A stretch of 64,000 nucleotides of DNA from Bacteroidales bacterium (lineage in GTDB: Bacteria > Bacteroidota > Bacteroidia > Bacteroidales > DTU049), in the NCBI GenBank assembly GCA_016937255.1, contig JAFGWG010000124.1, forward strand, positions 1,706 through 65,705, read 5' to 3'. The notes beneath the pieces were generated by a model. The model saw nothing but the letters and a program-made list of their open reading frames with translations, ran no database searches and was not told where the DNA came from. This document shows positions 40,958 through 50,451 of the stretch, one piece after another. The first letter of the stretch is position 1, and each line of letters begins with the position of its first letter. The position numbers and the translations under genes are program-made.

Positions 40958-41365
40958 ATGAATTCAATATTTATAATCGGCATTATTGCACTTATAGTCT
41001 TGCTATTTGTCTTTTACTTTCTCCCTTTCGGATTGTATTTCGTATCAAAACTTACAGGTCTTAACATCAGCTTTATCTATATTACAGGACTTCAATTTAA
41101 GAAAATTCCGGCAAAAATTATTGTGAGAGGACTAATAATTGCTCATAATGCAGAACTTAAAGAGATAACAAAAGAAAAACTGGAGAAGCATTTCAAAGAG
41201 GGAGGGGATGTTGACAATGTAATTAATGCTTTGACTCTGGCGAAGAGCAATAATATACCTCTTAAAACTGAAGACGCATTTAAGTCTAATCTGAAGGGCG
41301 TCGACGTAATTGAAGTCATTCAAAAAGCAATTGAGATGAAAAACAATGAGAAATCTGACAATTAA
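40958..41365 (+). CDS. Short FloA (YqfA/UPF0365)-like membrane protein, N-terminal module only
   Basis: 135 aa. A TM helix is followed by KIPAKIIVRGLIIAHNAELKEIT...LEKHFKEGGDVDNVINALTLAKSNNIPL...GVDVIEVIQ. This parallels the first ~125 aa of B. subtilis FloA as I recall it, and the protein lacks the rest. Confidence 0.5.
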   Translation: MNSIFIIGIIALIVLLFVFYFLPFGLYFVSKLTGLNISFIYITGLQFKKIPAKIIVRGLIIAHNAELKEITKEKLEKHFKEGGDVDNVINALTLAKSNNIPLKTEDAFKSNLKGVDVIEVIQKAIEMKNNEKSDN

Positions 41366-41501
41366 CAAGCAATTTTGATTTTGTGAATTTATCATCTTTA
41401 CCACAAGACCAAATCCTGTAACACTTATTTCATAAAGGTCATTTCCTTTTTTAAAAAAAAGACTGGCTGTTTATGGATGTTTTAAGGAAGAAGAGTAAAC
41501 T

Positions 41502-42650
41502 TTATTTTCTCCCAATCATAACTTTGTTTCCAAGACCATAACCGTAGGTAAACGGAAGATTTTTGGCTTCGTTTTCCTGATAGGCTTTGCGCAAATCGTC
41601 GATATTGATATAATTAAACAAATCAATGGGCTGACTATAGCTGCCGTAGAGAATAATGTTGCTGAAAGTTTTTTTCATTTGAGTGTATGTGATGCCGGTA
41701 TCATCAGTAAGCAGTGTTTTAATTTTGGGCAAATACATTTCGCGAATAGACCTGAAACCATCGTAATGCATAAGATAAGAAGCGGCTTTCAACATTCCGT
41801 AAATCGTGCCGTCTATGCTTTCAAAATATGCTTTAAGCCCTGTGTTTTTATCGAATGAAGAGTTTTCGGCATTAAACGACAAATAAATAAGCTCTTTTTT
41901 CACATTCAATGAATCGAGTACTTTCATTTGTACGCCGTTGGTATAGCCTAAAGCTTTTGCAGAATCATAGCTACAAAGCACAGGGATGCCTTCTGGATTG
42001 ATATATAAATAATCAATAGACAAGATTTTGTGACCAGTATATGCAGTAAAAAGCATGAGCAAAGACAAAACGCCAACTTCTCTATCATGACGCAAATCCT
42101 GCATCATATCTTTTGTAATAAAGAAATTAAGACTTAAAGAACTAATTAGTGACCGTTGAATAGACTTAAATAGAGAGCTATAATCTTCACGAGTACTAAA
42201 ATCAGGAATTGTGCCAGTGGGTTCCAAGCCAAACATAATATATTTCTTGGCCGCAGGAAAAAATGTGTTGGCATATAAATAGTCGGGGCCGGAGAAAGCA
42301 TACCATAACGTAGCGCTTGAATCACGACCTTCCGGCAATTCGTTTTCTGCCCAGGTGCGCATTGATTTAAGGTTTTTCCCTTCTGCCTTCATAAATAAAG
42401 CATCCATTGCTTGTTGATGCTCTTTCCAGTTTTCGCTTTGCTGGATATTCAGGCAGGTGGAATCACCATAAGCAGGCAAACCTGCAAGTAAAAGGGCAAT
42501 ATCTGTTAGGCTTGTGTCAAAATCGATATTAACTACTTCTACAACCTGCGAAGAGTCGTTGTTTTCCCCATCACCATTGTTGTTGGCAGAATTTCCACAT
42601 GCAAATAAAGCCAGAAACAGAACTGCCAAAATGATATAATAAAACTTCAT
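41502..42650 (-). CDS. Hypothetical lipoprotein
   Basis: I prefer the start MKFYYIILAVLFLALFACG (lipobox) at 42650 over the track start at 42680. I recognise no domain. Confidence 0.45.
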   Translation of the reverse strand: MKFYYIILAVLFLALFACGNSANNNGDGENNDSSQVVEVVNIDFDTSLTDIALLLAGLPAYGDSTCLNIQQSENWKEHQQAMDALFMKAEGKNLKSMRTWAENELPEGRDSSATLWYAFSGPDYLYANTFFPAAKKYIMFGLEPTGTIPDFSTREDYSSLFKSIQRSLISSLSLNFFITKDMMQDLRHDREVGVLSLLMLFTAYTGHKILSIDYLYINPEGIPVLCSYDSAKALGYTNGVQMKVLDSLNVKKELIYLSFNAENSSFDKNTGLKAYFESIDGTIYGMLKAASYLMHYDGFRSIREMYLPKIKTLLTDDTGITYTQMKKTFSNIILYGSYSQPIDLFNYINIDDLRKAYQENEAKNLPFTYGYGLGNKVMIGRK

Positions 42651-42707
42651 GCAATAGAACTTTAGGCAGCGAAAATACAAAAAATATTTCCTGTGTTCCT
42701 ATATACA

Positions 42708-42740
42708 AAAAGGGTTGCTTTTAAAACAACCCTTTTTTTA
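42708..42740 (-). terminator. Terminator hairpin flanked by A and T runs (potentially bidirectional)
   Basis: AAAAAGGGTTG / cttttaaaa loop / CAACCCTTTTTTT, downstream of the 42762-43070 minus-strand gene. Confidence 0.7.
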
Positions 42741-42761
42741 ACTAAAAAGCAATAGACTTTC

Positions 42762-43070
42762 TTAGTCTTCACGCTCTTCAATAGCTTGATCAATCTCGTC
42801 TTCTATACGATCACCACATATTTCAACGGCATCTTCAAATTCTTTGAGTTTAACCTCGTCGTTTTTATACTTTTCTTGAAACTCCTTGTACATGTTTTCA
42901 CATTCTTCGTCTTTTTTGTCGAGTTCATCCTCGCTGGCACCATCTTTAATCAATTGTACCATCTCGTCTCCGCAGTTGCAAAGGGTATCGGCATCTGATT
43001 TTGGTCCGCCACCACCACAAGAAGTAAAAGTAAATACCATTAAGGCAATAATCATTAATTTCCAGGTCAT
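42762..43070 (-). CDS. Small acidic Cys-containing lipoprotein
   Basis: 102 aa with lipobox FTSCGG. The mature part is very Glu/Asp/Lys-rich and has 5 further Cys (CNCGDE, EECEN, EICGD). Confidence 0.45.
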   Translation of the reverse strand: MTWKLMIIALMVFTFTSCGGGGPKSDADTLCNCGDEMVQLIKDGASEDELDKKDEECENMYKEFQEKYKNDEVKLKEFEDAVEICGDRIEDEIDQAIEERED

Positions 43071-43218
43071 AATTCATTACATTTATTTGGGCCTACTCTT
43101 ATTCGCTTTTCGGCATCCGCGATAGACTTCAAATATACAAAAATATTTCCAACACCCTTTGTTTGTTTCAGAAAAAATCAGTTTTCCGGAAATTCCTACA
43201 TTTGTAAAGGGATAAATA

Positions 43219-44124
43219 ATGAAGCGAGAAATAGTTTTGGCCCATGTGGCCTTAATAACGGCAGGTTTCCTTTTTGGGGCCAACTACTGGATTGCAAAAG
43301 GGCTTATGCCGAAGTATCTTAGTCCCACTCCTATTATTGTGTTTCGTACAGCTGGTGCTAGTTTATTATTTGGAATATTATTGCTTTTTAATAAATGGAA
43401 GAAAATTGACCTCAACGATTGGTGGCTGATTGCGCTTTGTGGCTTGACAGGCGTTACCCTTAATCAGTATTTATTTTTTGCTGGCCTTAATTTCAGTAGC
43501 CCCGTTGAAACGTCTGTTTTGCACACCATTAGTCCTTTGGTAGTTGTTTTGCTTGCTTGGATATGGATTAAAGAAAAAGTAGGGTGGTTTAAGGGCGCCG
43601 GAATACTCTTTGGTTTTATTGGAGCAATTGTAATTACTTTAAGTGGTAAAGAAATAAATTTTTCCTCCCAACATTTTCAGGGTAATATTCTCATTTTACT
43701 AAACATTACAGCATATAGTGTTTATCTTGTTTTTGCGAAGCCGTTAATGCAAAAATATCCTCCCGTTCAGGTTGTAAGTCTCATCTTCTTCTTTGGCTTT
43801 TTGTTTTTTATCCCTTTTGGCATCAAGTCAATATTTACTCCTGACTATGCTTCTTTTCCTCCATATATCTGGCAGTCAATTATATATGTTGTTGTTGGCA
43901 CTACTTTTCTAACATATCTACTTACTGTTTATGCACTAAAGCCTTTACAGGCAGGAACAGTAGGATTTTATATTTACATGCAACCATTAATTAGTGGAGG
44001 GATAGGGATAGTAACTGGAAGAGAAATACTTAACGGAGGTAAAATTTTTGGGGCAGTACTAATCTTTGTTGGAGTGTTTATTATCAATATTTATTCTTTC
44101 CGAAGAAATGAAAAAAAAGCATAA
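43219..44124 (+). CDS. EamA/DMT-family transporter
   Basis: 301 aa with about 10 predicted TM helices in two similar halves, typical of the EamA duplication. TACATTTG (43197-43204) upstream matches the Bacteroidota -7 box TAnnTTTG. Confidence 0.7.
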   Translation: MKREIVLAHVALITAGFLFGANYWIAKGLMPKYLSPTPIIVFRTAGASLLFGILLLFNKWKKIDLNDWWLIALCGLTGVTLNQYLFFAGLNFSSPVETSVLHTISPLVVVLLAWIWIKEKVGWFKGAGILFGFIGAIVITLSGKEINFSSQHFQGNILILLNITAYSVYLVFAKPLMQKYPPVQVVSLIFFFGFLFFIPFGIKSIFTPDYASFPPYIWQSIIYVVVGTTFLTYLLTVYALKPLQAGTVGFYIYMQPLISGGIGIVTGREILNGGKIFGAVLIFVGVFIINIYSFRRNEKKA

Positions 44125-44179
44125 ATGCACAATATTTAGTCAACCTCCCTGTTATTTGCTATAAATTGATATTTTTGCA

Positions 44180-46504
44180 ATGATGCAAAGAGTTTTTATT
44201 CCCTTCATGTTTTTCATTCTGTTTTTTGCTTTTTGCAATGCACAGGGTGTCGCCGTGGGCGAGTGGCGCGATCACTTGCCTTATTCTAGTGTAATTGATG
44301 TGGCAACCGCACCCGACCGGGTGTATGCTGCAACAGAATATGGGCTGTTTTATTACGACACATATGAGGGAACCATAACCCGAATGAGTAAAGTGGAAGG
44401 ATTAAGCGATATTGGAATAAGTGCAATTGAATATTCCGACAAGTACGACATGCTCATTGTAAGCTATTCCAATGCAAATATTGATTTGATTCCGTACGAA
44501 GGTGATTTGTATAATTTGGCCGATATTAAGCGCAAGAATATTATTGGAAATAAAAGTATAAACAATATTTATTTGCAAGACGACTACGCTTATCTCTCCT
44601 GCGGCTTTGGAATAGTGGTTTTAAACCTGAATAAAAAAGAAATAAAAGACACTTATTATATTGGCGATAACGGATCACAAGTTAATGTTCTTGATATTAC
44701 ATTTAACGATAGTCTTATTTTTGCTGCCACCGACGAAGGGATATATACCGCAGATATCAACAGCCCTAATCTTGCTTATTTTGGTAATTGGAACAAAGAC
44801 ATTTCAATTGCTAATCCCAACGGGATGTATTCCGAGATAGAGTTTTTTGAAAATAGCGTTTATACTCTTCATAAGAACCCTGTTTTTGGCGATGACACCA
44901 TTTATTATTATCAGAACAATATTTGGCAAACCTTTTCATACTTTTCTGCTGAAGAATTTACTTCTTTGAAAAGCTCGAATAATCAATTAATTGTTTGCGG
45001 ATATTCGTGGGTGGAATTCTTTGACCAAGGATTATCCAGTTTGGGTAAAACGTTTACTTATTCTGGTTTATCTCCTCAACCCAATGCTGCCGAATATTCA
45101 ACAGATGGTGTTTATGTGTTTATTGGTGATCAAAATTATGGATTACTTAAAACCTGGAATATTTGGAATAATGAAATTATTATGCCTGAAGGACCTTATA
45201 CTTCTAATACTTTTTCATTGGATCTTACCGGGAATGTGATTTCTGGAGTAAATGGAGGGTATAATAGTTCTTATGGGAATTCTTATAGGGGTGCTGGCTT
45301 TTTTATTTTTAATGAGGAGGACTGGACGTCCTATTATCGTTTTGTTAATCCTGAACTGGACACATTGTTTGACTTCATTTGTATTGAAACGGCAAATAAT
45401 GATCCAGATCATATTTATCTTGGATCATATGGGCAAGGGTTGATAGAATATAATGATGGTTCATTAGTGCAAATTTATAATTCGGAAAACAGCAATCTGC
45501 AGCCTGTGCAATCTTCATCTAATGTTAATGTTGGAGGCCTAAGTTTTGATGATGATGGTAATTTGTGGATTACTACAATGGGGAATACAGGGTTACTTAG
45601 TGTTTTAAAACCAGATGGGAGTATCCGAACATTTAACTTTCCCTCATCCTATTCTGCAAGTGTTTCTGGAGATATCGAAATCGACCAAAGTGGCTATAAA
45701 TGGATAAATTTGCCTCGTGGAGAGGGAATTGTGGTTTTTAACGATAATGGCACTATTGACAATACTTCAGATGATGAATACAAAAAACTGACTAGCTCTG
45801 AATCATTAGGGAATTTGCCCAATCTTTATGTCAATGCTATTGCGGTTGACCGTGATAACGAAATTTGGATAGGTACGAATGAAGGAATTGCTGTGATTTA
45901 TAATCCGGAAAATGTATTTGATGGTGGAGATTACGATGCTCAACAAATTCTTGTTGAAGTTGGTGGTTATGTGCAGCCTCTGCTAGAATCTGAGATAGTA
46001 ACTTGTATTGCAATAGATGGCGGTAATAGAAAATGGATAGGAACAAATAGTGCAGGTGTGTTTTTAATCAGCGAAGATGGACAGACAGAAATTCACCATT
46101 TTTCAACCGATAATTCGCCATTGCTTTCCGACGAAATTAATGACTTGAAAATTCACCCGGAAACTGGAGAAGTTTTTATTGCAACCAGTGAGGGAATTAT
46201 TTCCTATCGCGGTACTGCAACAGAACCAGAGGAAAATCTTGATTCTATTTTGATTTTCCCAAATCCTGTTAAAAGCGATTTTAATGGCTATGTTTCTATT
46301 AATAATTTGGTTGAAAATGCTTGGGTGCATATAACAGATATGTATGGCAATCTGATTTATAAAACACAGGCCTATGGCGGCCAGGCAGTATGGAACTGTA
46401 TTGATATTGATGGAACCCGACCAGCAACTGGAATTTATTTGGTTTTTGTTAGCAGCAAAGATGGCTCCTTTAAAAATGTTGGTAAATTTATGTTCTTCAA
46501 CTAA
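44180..46504 (+). CDS. PorZ-like double beta-propeller protein with a T9SS C-terminal domain
   Basis: 774 aa. Signal peptide, then a GEWRDHLPYSSVIDVA...VYAAT start and repeated propeller-type segments of the two-component-regulator propeller type. The C-terminal sorting domain is IFPNPVKSDF...GIYLVFVSS...KFMFFN. The PorZ assignment rests on architecture only. Confidence 0.5.
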   Translation: MMQRVFIPFMFFILFFAFCNAQGVAVGEWRDHLPYSSVIDVATAPDRVYAATEYGLFYYDTYEGTITRMSKVEGLSDIGISAIEYSDKYDMLIVSYSNANIDLIPYEGDLYNLADIKRKNIIGNKSINNIYLQDDYAYLSCGFGIVVLNLNKKEIKDTYYIGDNGSQVNVLDITFNDSLIFAATDEGIYTADINSPNLAYFGNWNKDISIANPNGMYSEIEFFENSVYTLHKNPVFGDDTIYYYQNNIWQTFSYFSAEEFTSLKSSNNQLIVCGYSWVEFFDQGLSSLGKTFTYSGLSPQPNAAEYSTDGVYVFIGDQNYGLLKTWNIWNNEIIMPEGPYTSNTFSLDLTGNVISGVNGGYNSSYGNSYRGAGFFIFNEEDWTSYYRFVNPELDTLFDFICIETANNDPDHIYLGSYGQGLIEYNDGSLVQIYNSENSNLQPVQSSSNVNVGGLSFDDDGNLWITTMGNTGLLSVLKPDGSIRTFNFPSSYSASVSGDIEIDQSGYKWINLPRGEGIVVFNDNGTIDNTSDDEYKKLTSSESLGNLPNLYVNAIAVDRDNEIWIGTNEGIAVIYNPENVFDGGDYDAQQILVEVGGYVQPLLESEIVTCIAIDGGNRKWIGTNSAGVFLISEDGQTEIHHFSTDNSPLLSDEINDLKIHPETGEVFIATSEGIISYRGTATEPEENLDSILIFPNPVKSDFNGYVSINNLVENAWVHITDMYGNLIYKTQAYGGQAVWNCIDIDGTRPATGIYLVFVSSKDGSFKNVGKFMFFN

Positions 46505-46509
46505 ATATC

Positions 46510-47226
46510 ATGCAATATTCGCCAGTATGCATACTCTTGCATGCCGTTAAATACGGCGAAAAAAGTATGATAATAAAAACACTACATGAAGAAGGCCTTC
46601 AATCATTGTTTATTTATAATTATCTAAGAAAGGGGAAGAATAAATATCCTTTTTTAAGGTGGCCCCTTGCAATTGTGGAAATTGAAATAAATCACTCTGG
46701 AAAAGCTTCTCTTCCCGTAGCAAAAAATCTTACCCTCGCATATGTTCCAGTAAATCTTAGCCGTGATGTTATGCGTCAAAGTGTAGCTCTCTTTATGGCC
46801 GATATTTTATACCATTTTGTTAAAAACGAAAATGATCAACTGGAAAACATTTATAATTATGTGATTCATGCTATAAAAGCATTAGACCAAAACGAAAGGT
46901 TGTCCACTTATTTCTCTATAAAATTCGGGTATGATATTACCGAGCTTCTAGGCTATGGAATTCATAAAGGACTTGATTCTCAAGCTTTTTTTAATAGTAA
47001 AACCTTGCAATTTCAAATGGATGAAGACGCGGATTGTCTTGGCCAAAATGCCTCAGAAATTCTAAAAAAAATATTGTCAGAAAATATTATGCAAGTACAT
47101 GAAATTAAAACAGATAATAGAATTGCAAAAGAACTTTTTCAAAATATGATAGAGTTTTTTAAAAGCCGAATACCAGAAGCAGGCTTATTGAAAAGCCCTA
47201 AAATACTTCACGACCTTTTTCTTTAA
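46510..47226 (+). CDS. recO: DNA repair protein RecO
   Basis: 238 aa. N-terminal OB-fold pattern (ILLHAVKYGEKSMIIKTLHEEGL) and a RecO-like helical C-terminus. Confidence 0.7.
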   Translation: MQYSPVCILLHAVKYGEKSMIIKTLHEEGLQSLFIYNYLRKGKNKYPFLRWPLAIVEIEINHSGKASLPVAKNLTLAYVPVNLSRDVMRQSVALFMADILYHFVKNENDQLENIYNYVIHAIKALDQNERLSTYFSIKFGYDITELLGYGIHKGLDSQAFFNSKTLQFQMDEDADCLGQNASEILKKILSENIMQVHEIKTDNRIAKELFQNMIEFFKSRIPEAGLLKSPKILHDLFL

Positions 47227-48015
47227 TTATTTGATTTTAATGAGCTGCGTCTCGGTTGCATAATTTATCCAATAACGACCGCTTTCAAGAGATGAAACAT
47301 CAACTTTGTCGGCTGTGCCCGAGAGAATAAGCAATCCCTTTTCATCATAAAGCTGATACATGGTAATGCCAGAGAACACAATTTCTTCGTCAAAATTCTT
47401 GTTGTTAATTACCACGGGGCTTAGACGGGAAAGATATTTCAGAGAGGGAGAATAATTAATCAATCCATTAGAATCAATTACCTTAATGCGAAAAAGGTTT
47501 TTCCCACTATGTACGTCAACTTTCTTTTCATATTTATTAAATGCAATAGAATCTTCAGGCTCAACTATGGCTATCCTGACCCATTTTTCCCAACGATATT
47601 GTTCAATCTCATATGCTCCTTCGCCAGAGGAACCTTCAATCGTCCAAGAGATTATTTGTTCTTTTTTGTCAAGATCGCAGGTTGCAAAGGAAAAATTGCT
47701 TTCCGGTTCTAAAACTTCAGGATTGTATATCTCAGGCTTAGTCGTGCTGACTACATAAGAAATTGAAACTTCAACCCGCGATCCAATACTCAAGCCCAGA
47801 GCTTTAAAATCAACTTCAAAAACACTGGAATTAATTTCGTCTTCAGTCGGAATATTGTTCACCTTTACAGATTCCACCGCGTAGCGATTTCCTATCATAG
47901 GATTAATCACAATTAAATTTTTACCAAAATAGTAACCACTTACCTGTATATTGTCAACAGTAGCAAAAGCGGGTATGATAAAAGATGAAATGAGTAAAAA
48001 GATAAACAGTCGCAT
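47227..48015 (-). CDS. Hypothetical secreted protein with a T9SS CTD-like C-terminus
   Basis: Signal peptide present. The C-terminus YQLYDEKGLLILSG...VDVSSLESGRYWINY...LIKIK follows the Por_Secre_tail pattern. Confidence 0.45.
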   Translation of the reverse strand: MRLFIFLLISSFIIPAFATVDNIQVSGYYFGKNLIVINPMIGNRYAVESVKVNNIPTEDEINSSVFEVDFKALGLSIGSRVEVSISYVVSTTKPEIYNPEVLEPESNFSFATCDLDKKEQIISWTIEGSSGEGAYEIEQYRWEKWVRIAIVEPEDSIAFNKYEKKVDVHSGKNLFRIKVIDSNGLINYSPSLKYLSRLSPVVINNKNFDEEIVFSGITMYQLYDEKGLLILSGTADKVDVSSLESGRYWINYATETQLIKIK

Positions 48016-48129
48016 AAATGAGTTTTTGGATTCTCAATTTGCAAAAATATAAAACTTACTGGCAAGCCACAAATATTTTTTTCAACAATAAAAGCTTTAA
48101 TACTTACCTGTATGTGTCATTATAATTGA

Positions 48130-50277
48130 CTATATGCTTTTCAGTTTTGTATATATAAACAAAAGAAGCCATAAAACGAAAGTTCCAATGCTAAGATACA
48201 GTATCCAGAAAAAATCTGCGTGGCGAAATTCAAAAATAACATGATTCTTGCCTGTTTTACTTAATACGCCCATGTGAAAATGATTTACCAGTATAATTTC
48301 TGCATCCTTTCCATTTATTTGAGCCTTCCAGTATTTGTGAAAAGATTGCAAATAGCAAATTAAAACTTCTCCTTCAGTTTTAACATCAAATTCTATTCTG
48401 TTTGGTGTAAATAAAATGTTCTCAAACAGCTCTTTTTCAGTCCCTTCGGCGGCAATAATATCGGCATAATCGCATGGATGAATAGTATCCTCCGGATGCA
48501 TTGAGGAATAGGGTAAAACACAATCAGAAATATATAAGGGAGGATGCGAAAGTGCTTCCCGGTAAATAGTGCTTAAAGAATCTTCCATCAAGTCAATGTT
48601 TCGATTGACGTACGAGCTAAAACCTCCGTGAGAAATCTGACCGTAATAGTTATTCAAATTACGCCATAATCCCGATCGTCGTGCGCTGCTCGTGTCGGAA
48701 TGATGGATTACGTTGGTTTGCATATCAGGTATTGGATACGACTGAACAAAATGCTGGTCGGCAAAAGCTTTCAATTCTCTCACTTTCAACTCGGGGCTGT
48801 ACACTGAATACGGCGCTTGAAGCCTAGTTGCTATTCCAAGATCGAATAAAACAAATATCACCATCAACGCTAAACGACCATTGAGCGATTTCACCACCAC
48901 AAACAATACCAGAAATAATATTGTTAAACCCAGAGCTATTGCTGCTTGTATAAATGCAAGACTTTCAATATTAAGCGAAAAGTCGCCGGTTTTGATCTGA
49001 GAAAGGGTGCCATAAAAAGAGTCTGGTCTGGCCGCTGAAGTATCGATGACGATAAAGCCTAAAATCAGCATGACTGGAACCATTGCCATAAGCATATGTT
49101 TCAGCATTCTGCCTGCATTGTATTTCGATATTTGACCATGCAGATAGAATCCAGCCGATAGAATAAATCCAGTTATGGCAAATAATCTGAAAGCCGAAGG
49201 AAAGCGGAAGGTGTCGAAAAACGGAATATAATGATAAAGAAACTCTCTCAAATAGGTTCTCTCACCTACCGAAATAATAAGACATATTACTGAAATTATA
49301 ATAATAATCCGTTGGCGAGCATCTTTTTTGGTAAATAGCGATAGTATAAAAAATAAAAACACAAATAACCCGATATACCCATTTGCCATAGACATGTCGG
49401 TGCCAAAAACCTCAAATCCTTTTATGGTAGTGAGTGGTAGTATAAAAGAAATAAATGATTCGAAGGAAAACGGGCTAAAAAGTATTTGGACCAAGCTTAG
49501 TCCATCGGCGCGAGAAGCGAAATCGTAATTATCGAGCACCGAAACGAGATAAAGTAGTGAAATGCCCGCTGTAAAAACAAATATTACTCCATGCAGAAGT
49601 ACGTATTGCCAAAACTCTTTTACCTTTTTTTTCAGCAATAGCTTGATTCCTGTTACAATGAATACGACTAAAAAAACGTAGGCGAGCATAATTACAAAAG
49701 CTGGGTAGCCTCCACTGATCATTAAATATAGGAAAAATGAAAGCAATAGTGCTTGCCATATTTTTCTTTCTGCCTGCATGCGCACGTAAAATAAAATCAC
49801 AAAGGGTAACCATGCTGCCGATACGATCCAGTATATGTGTTGTGCGTTGCCCACCATATAACCACTAAATGCATAGGCCAACGCAATCAAAAATGCCATT
49901 ACCTCATGAAACTTGAAAGTGCGACCAAGTATATACATTCCAACTGCTCCTGTCCACACGTGAAAAATATAATCAACAGCCTGCATTTTGAAGGAGTAGC
50001 CGTGAAAATAGGTCATAGCTAACGTTATGGGATAGTACAATGTGCTTTGAGCATCACCATAAAACGGATAGCCTAAATGCTGATATGGATTCCAAAAAGG
50101 GAACACGCCATCTGCAAAACAAGTACTGATAAAATATTTCCATGGCATGGTGCAATCAAGTGCATCCCACTTGAGTGGATGTACAAAAAATGCTACTTCT
50201 CTGAAAACCACAATAATAATTGTCAGTAATAGCAGCGCGGGAATTAGAATTCTTAAAAGTTTTCCAAAGTTCGACAT
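48130..50277 (-). CDS. YfhO-like polytopic membrane protein (putative glycosyltransferase)
   Basis: 715 aa with more than 10 TM helices. The N-terminal motif PWKYF...GVFPFWNPYQHLGYPFYGDAQSTLYYP is typical of the YfhO family. Confidence 0.6.
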   Translation of the reverse strand: MSNFGKLLRILIPALLLLTIIIVVFREVAFFVHPLKWDALDCTMPWKYFISTCFADGVFPFWNPYQHLGYPFYGDAQSTLYYPITLAMTYFHGYSFKMQAVDYIFHVWTGAVGMYILGRTFKFHEVMAFLIALAYAFSGYMVGNAQHIYWIVSAAWLPFVILFYVRMQAERKIWQALLLSFFLYLMISGGYPAFVIMLAYVFLVVFIVTGIKLLLKKKVKEFWQYVLLHGVIFVFTAGISLLYLVSVLDNYDFASRADGLSLVQILFSPFSFESFISFILPLTTIKGFEVFGTDMSMANGYIGLFVFLFFILSLFTKKDARQRIIIIISVICLIISVGERTYLREFLYHYIPFFDTFRFPSAFRLFAITGFILSAGFYLHGQISKYNAGRMLKHMLMAMVPVMLILGFIVIDTSAARPDSFYGTLSQIKTGDFSLNIESLAFIQAAIALGLTILFLVLFVVVKSLNGRLALMVIFVLFDLGIATRLQAPYSVYSPELKVRELKAFADQHFVQSYPIPDMQTNVIHHSDTSSARRSGLWRNLNNYYGQISHGGFSSYVNRNIDLMEDSLSTIYREALSHPPLYISDCVLPYSSMHPEDTIHPCDYADIIAAEGTEKELFENILFTPNRIEFDVKTEGEVLICYLQSFHKYWKAQINGKDAEIILVNHFHMGVLSKTGKNHVIFEFRHADFFWILYLSIGTFVLWLLLFIYTKLKSI

Positions 50278-50451
50278 TTGTAAAACAGCTAATTATCGTA
50301 CAATATTACAAAATTCAAAACAGATGAATTTGTCTCAAACTTGACAACACACATATAAAAAACTATATCTTTTGTTGTAATTCATGTAAATTTTTTGTCT
50401 TGCTGCAACATATAATGTACTTTTACTGTCATTAAACCAAATACAATCATT

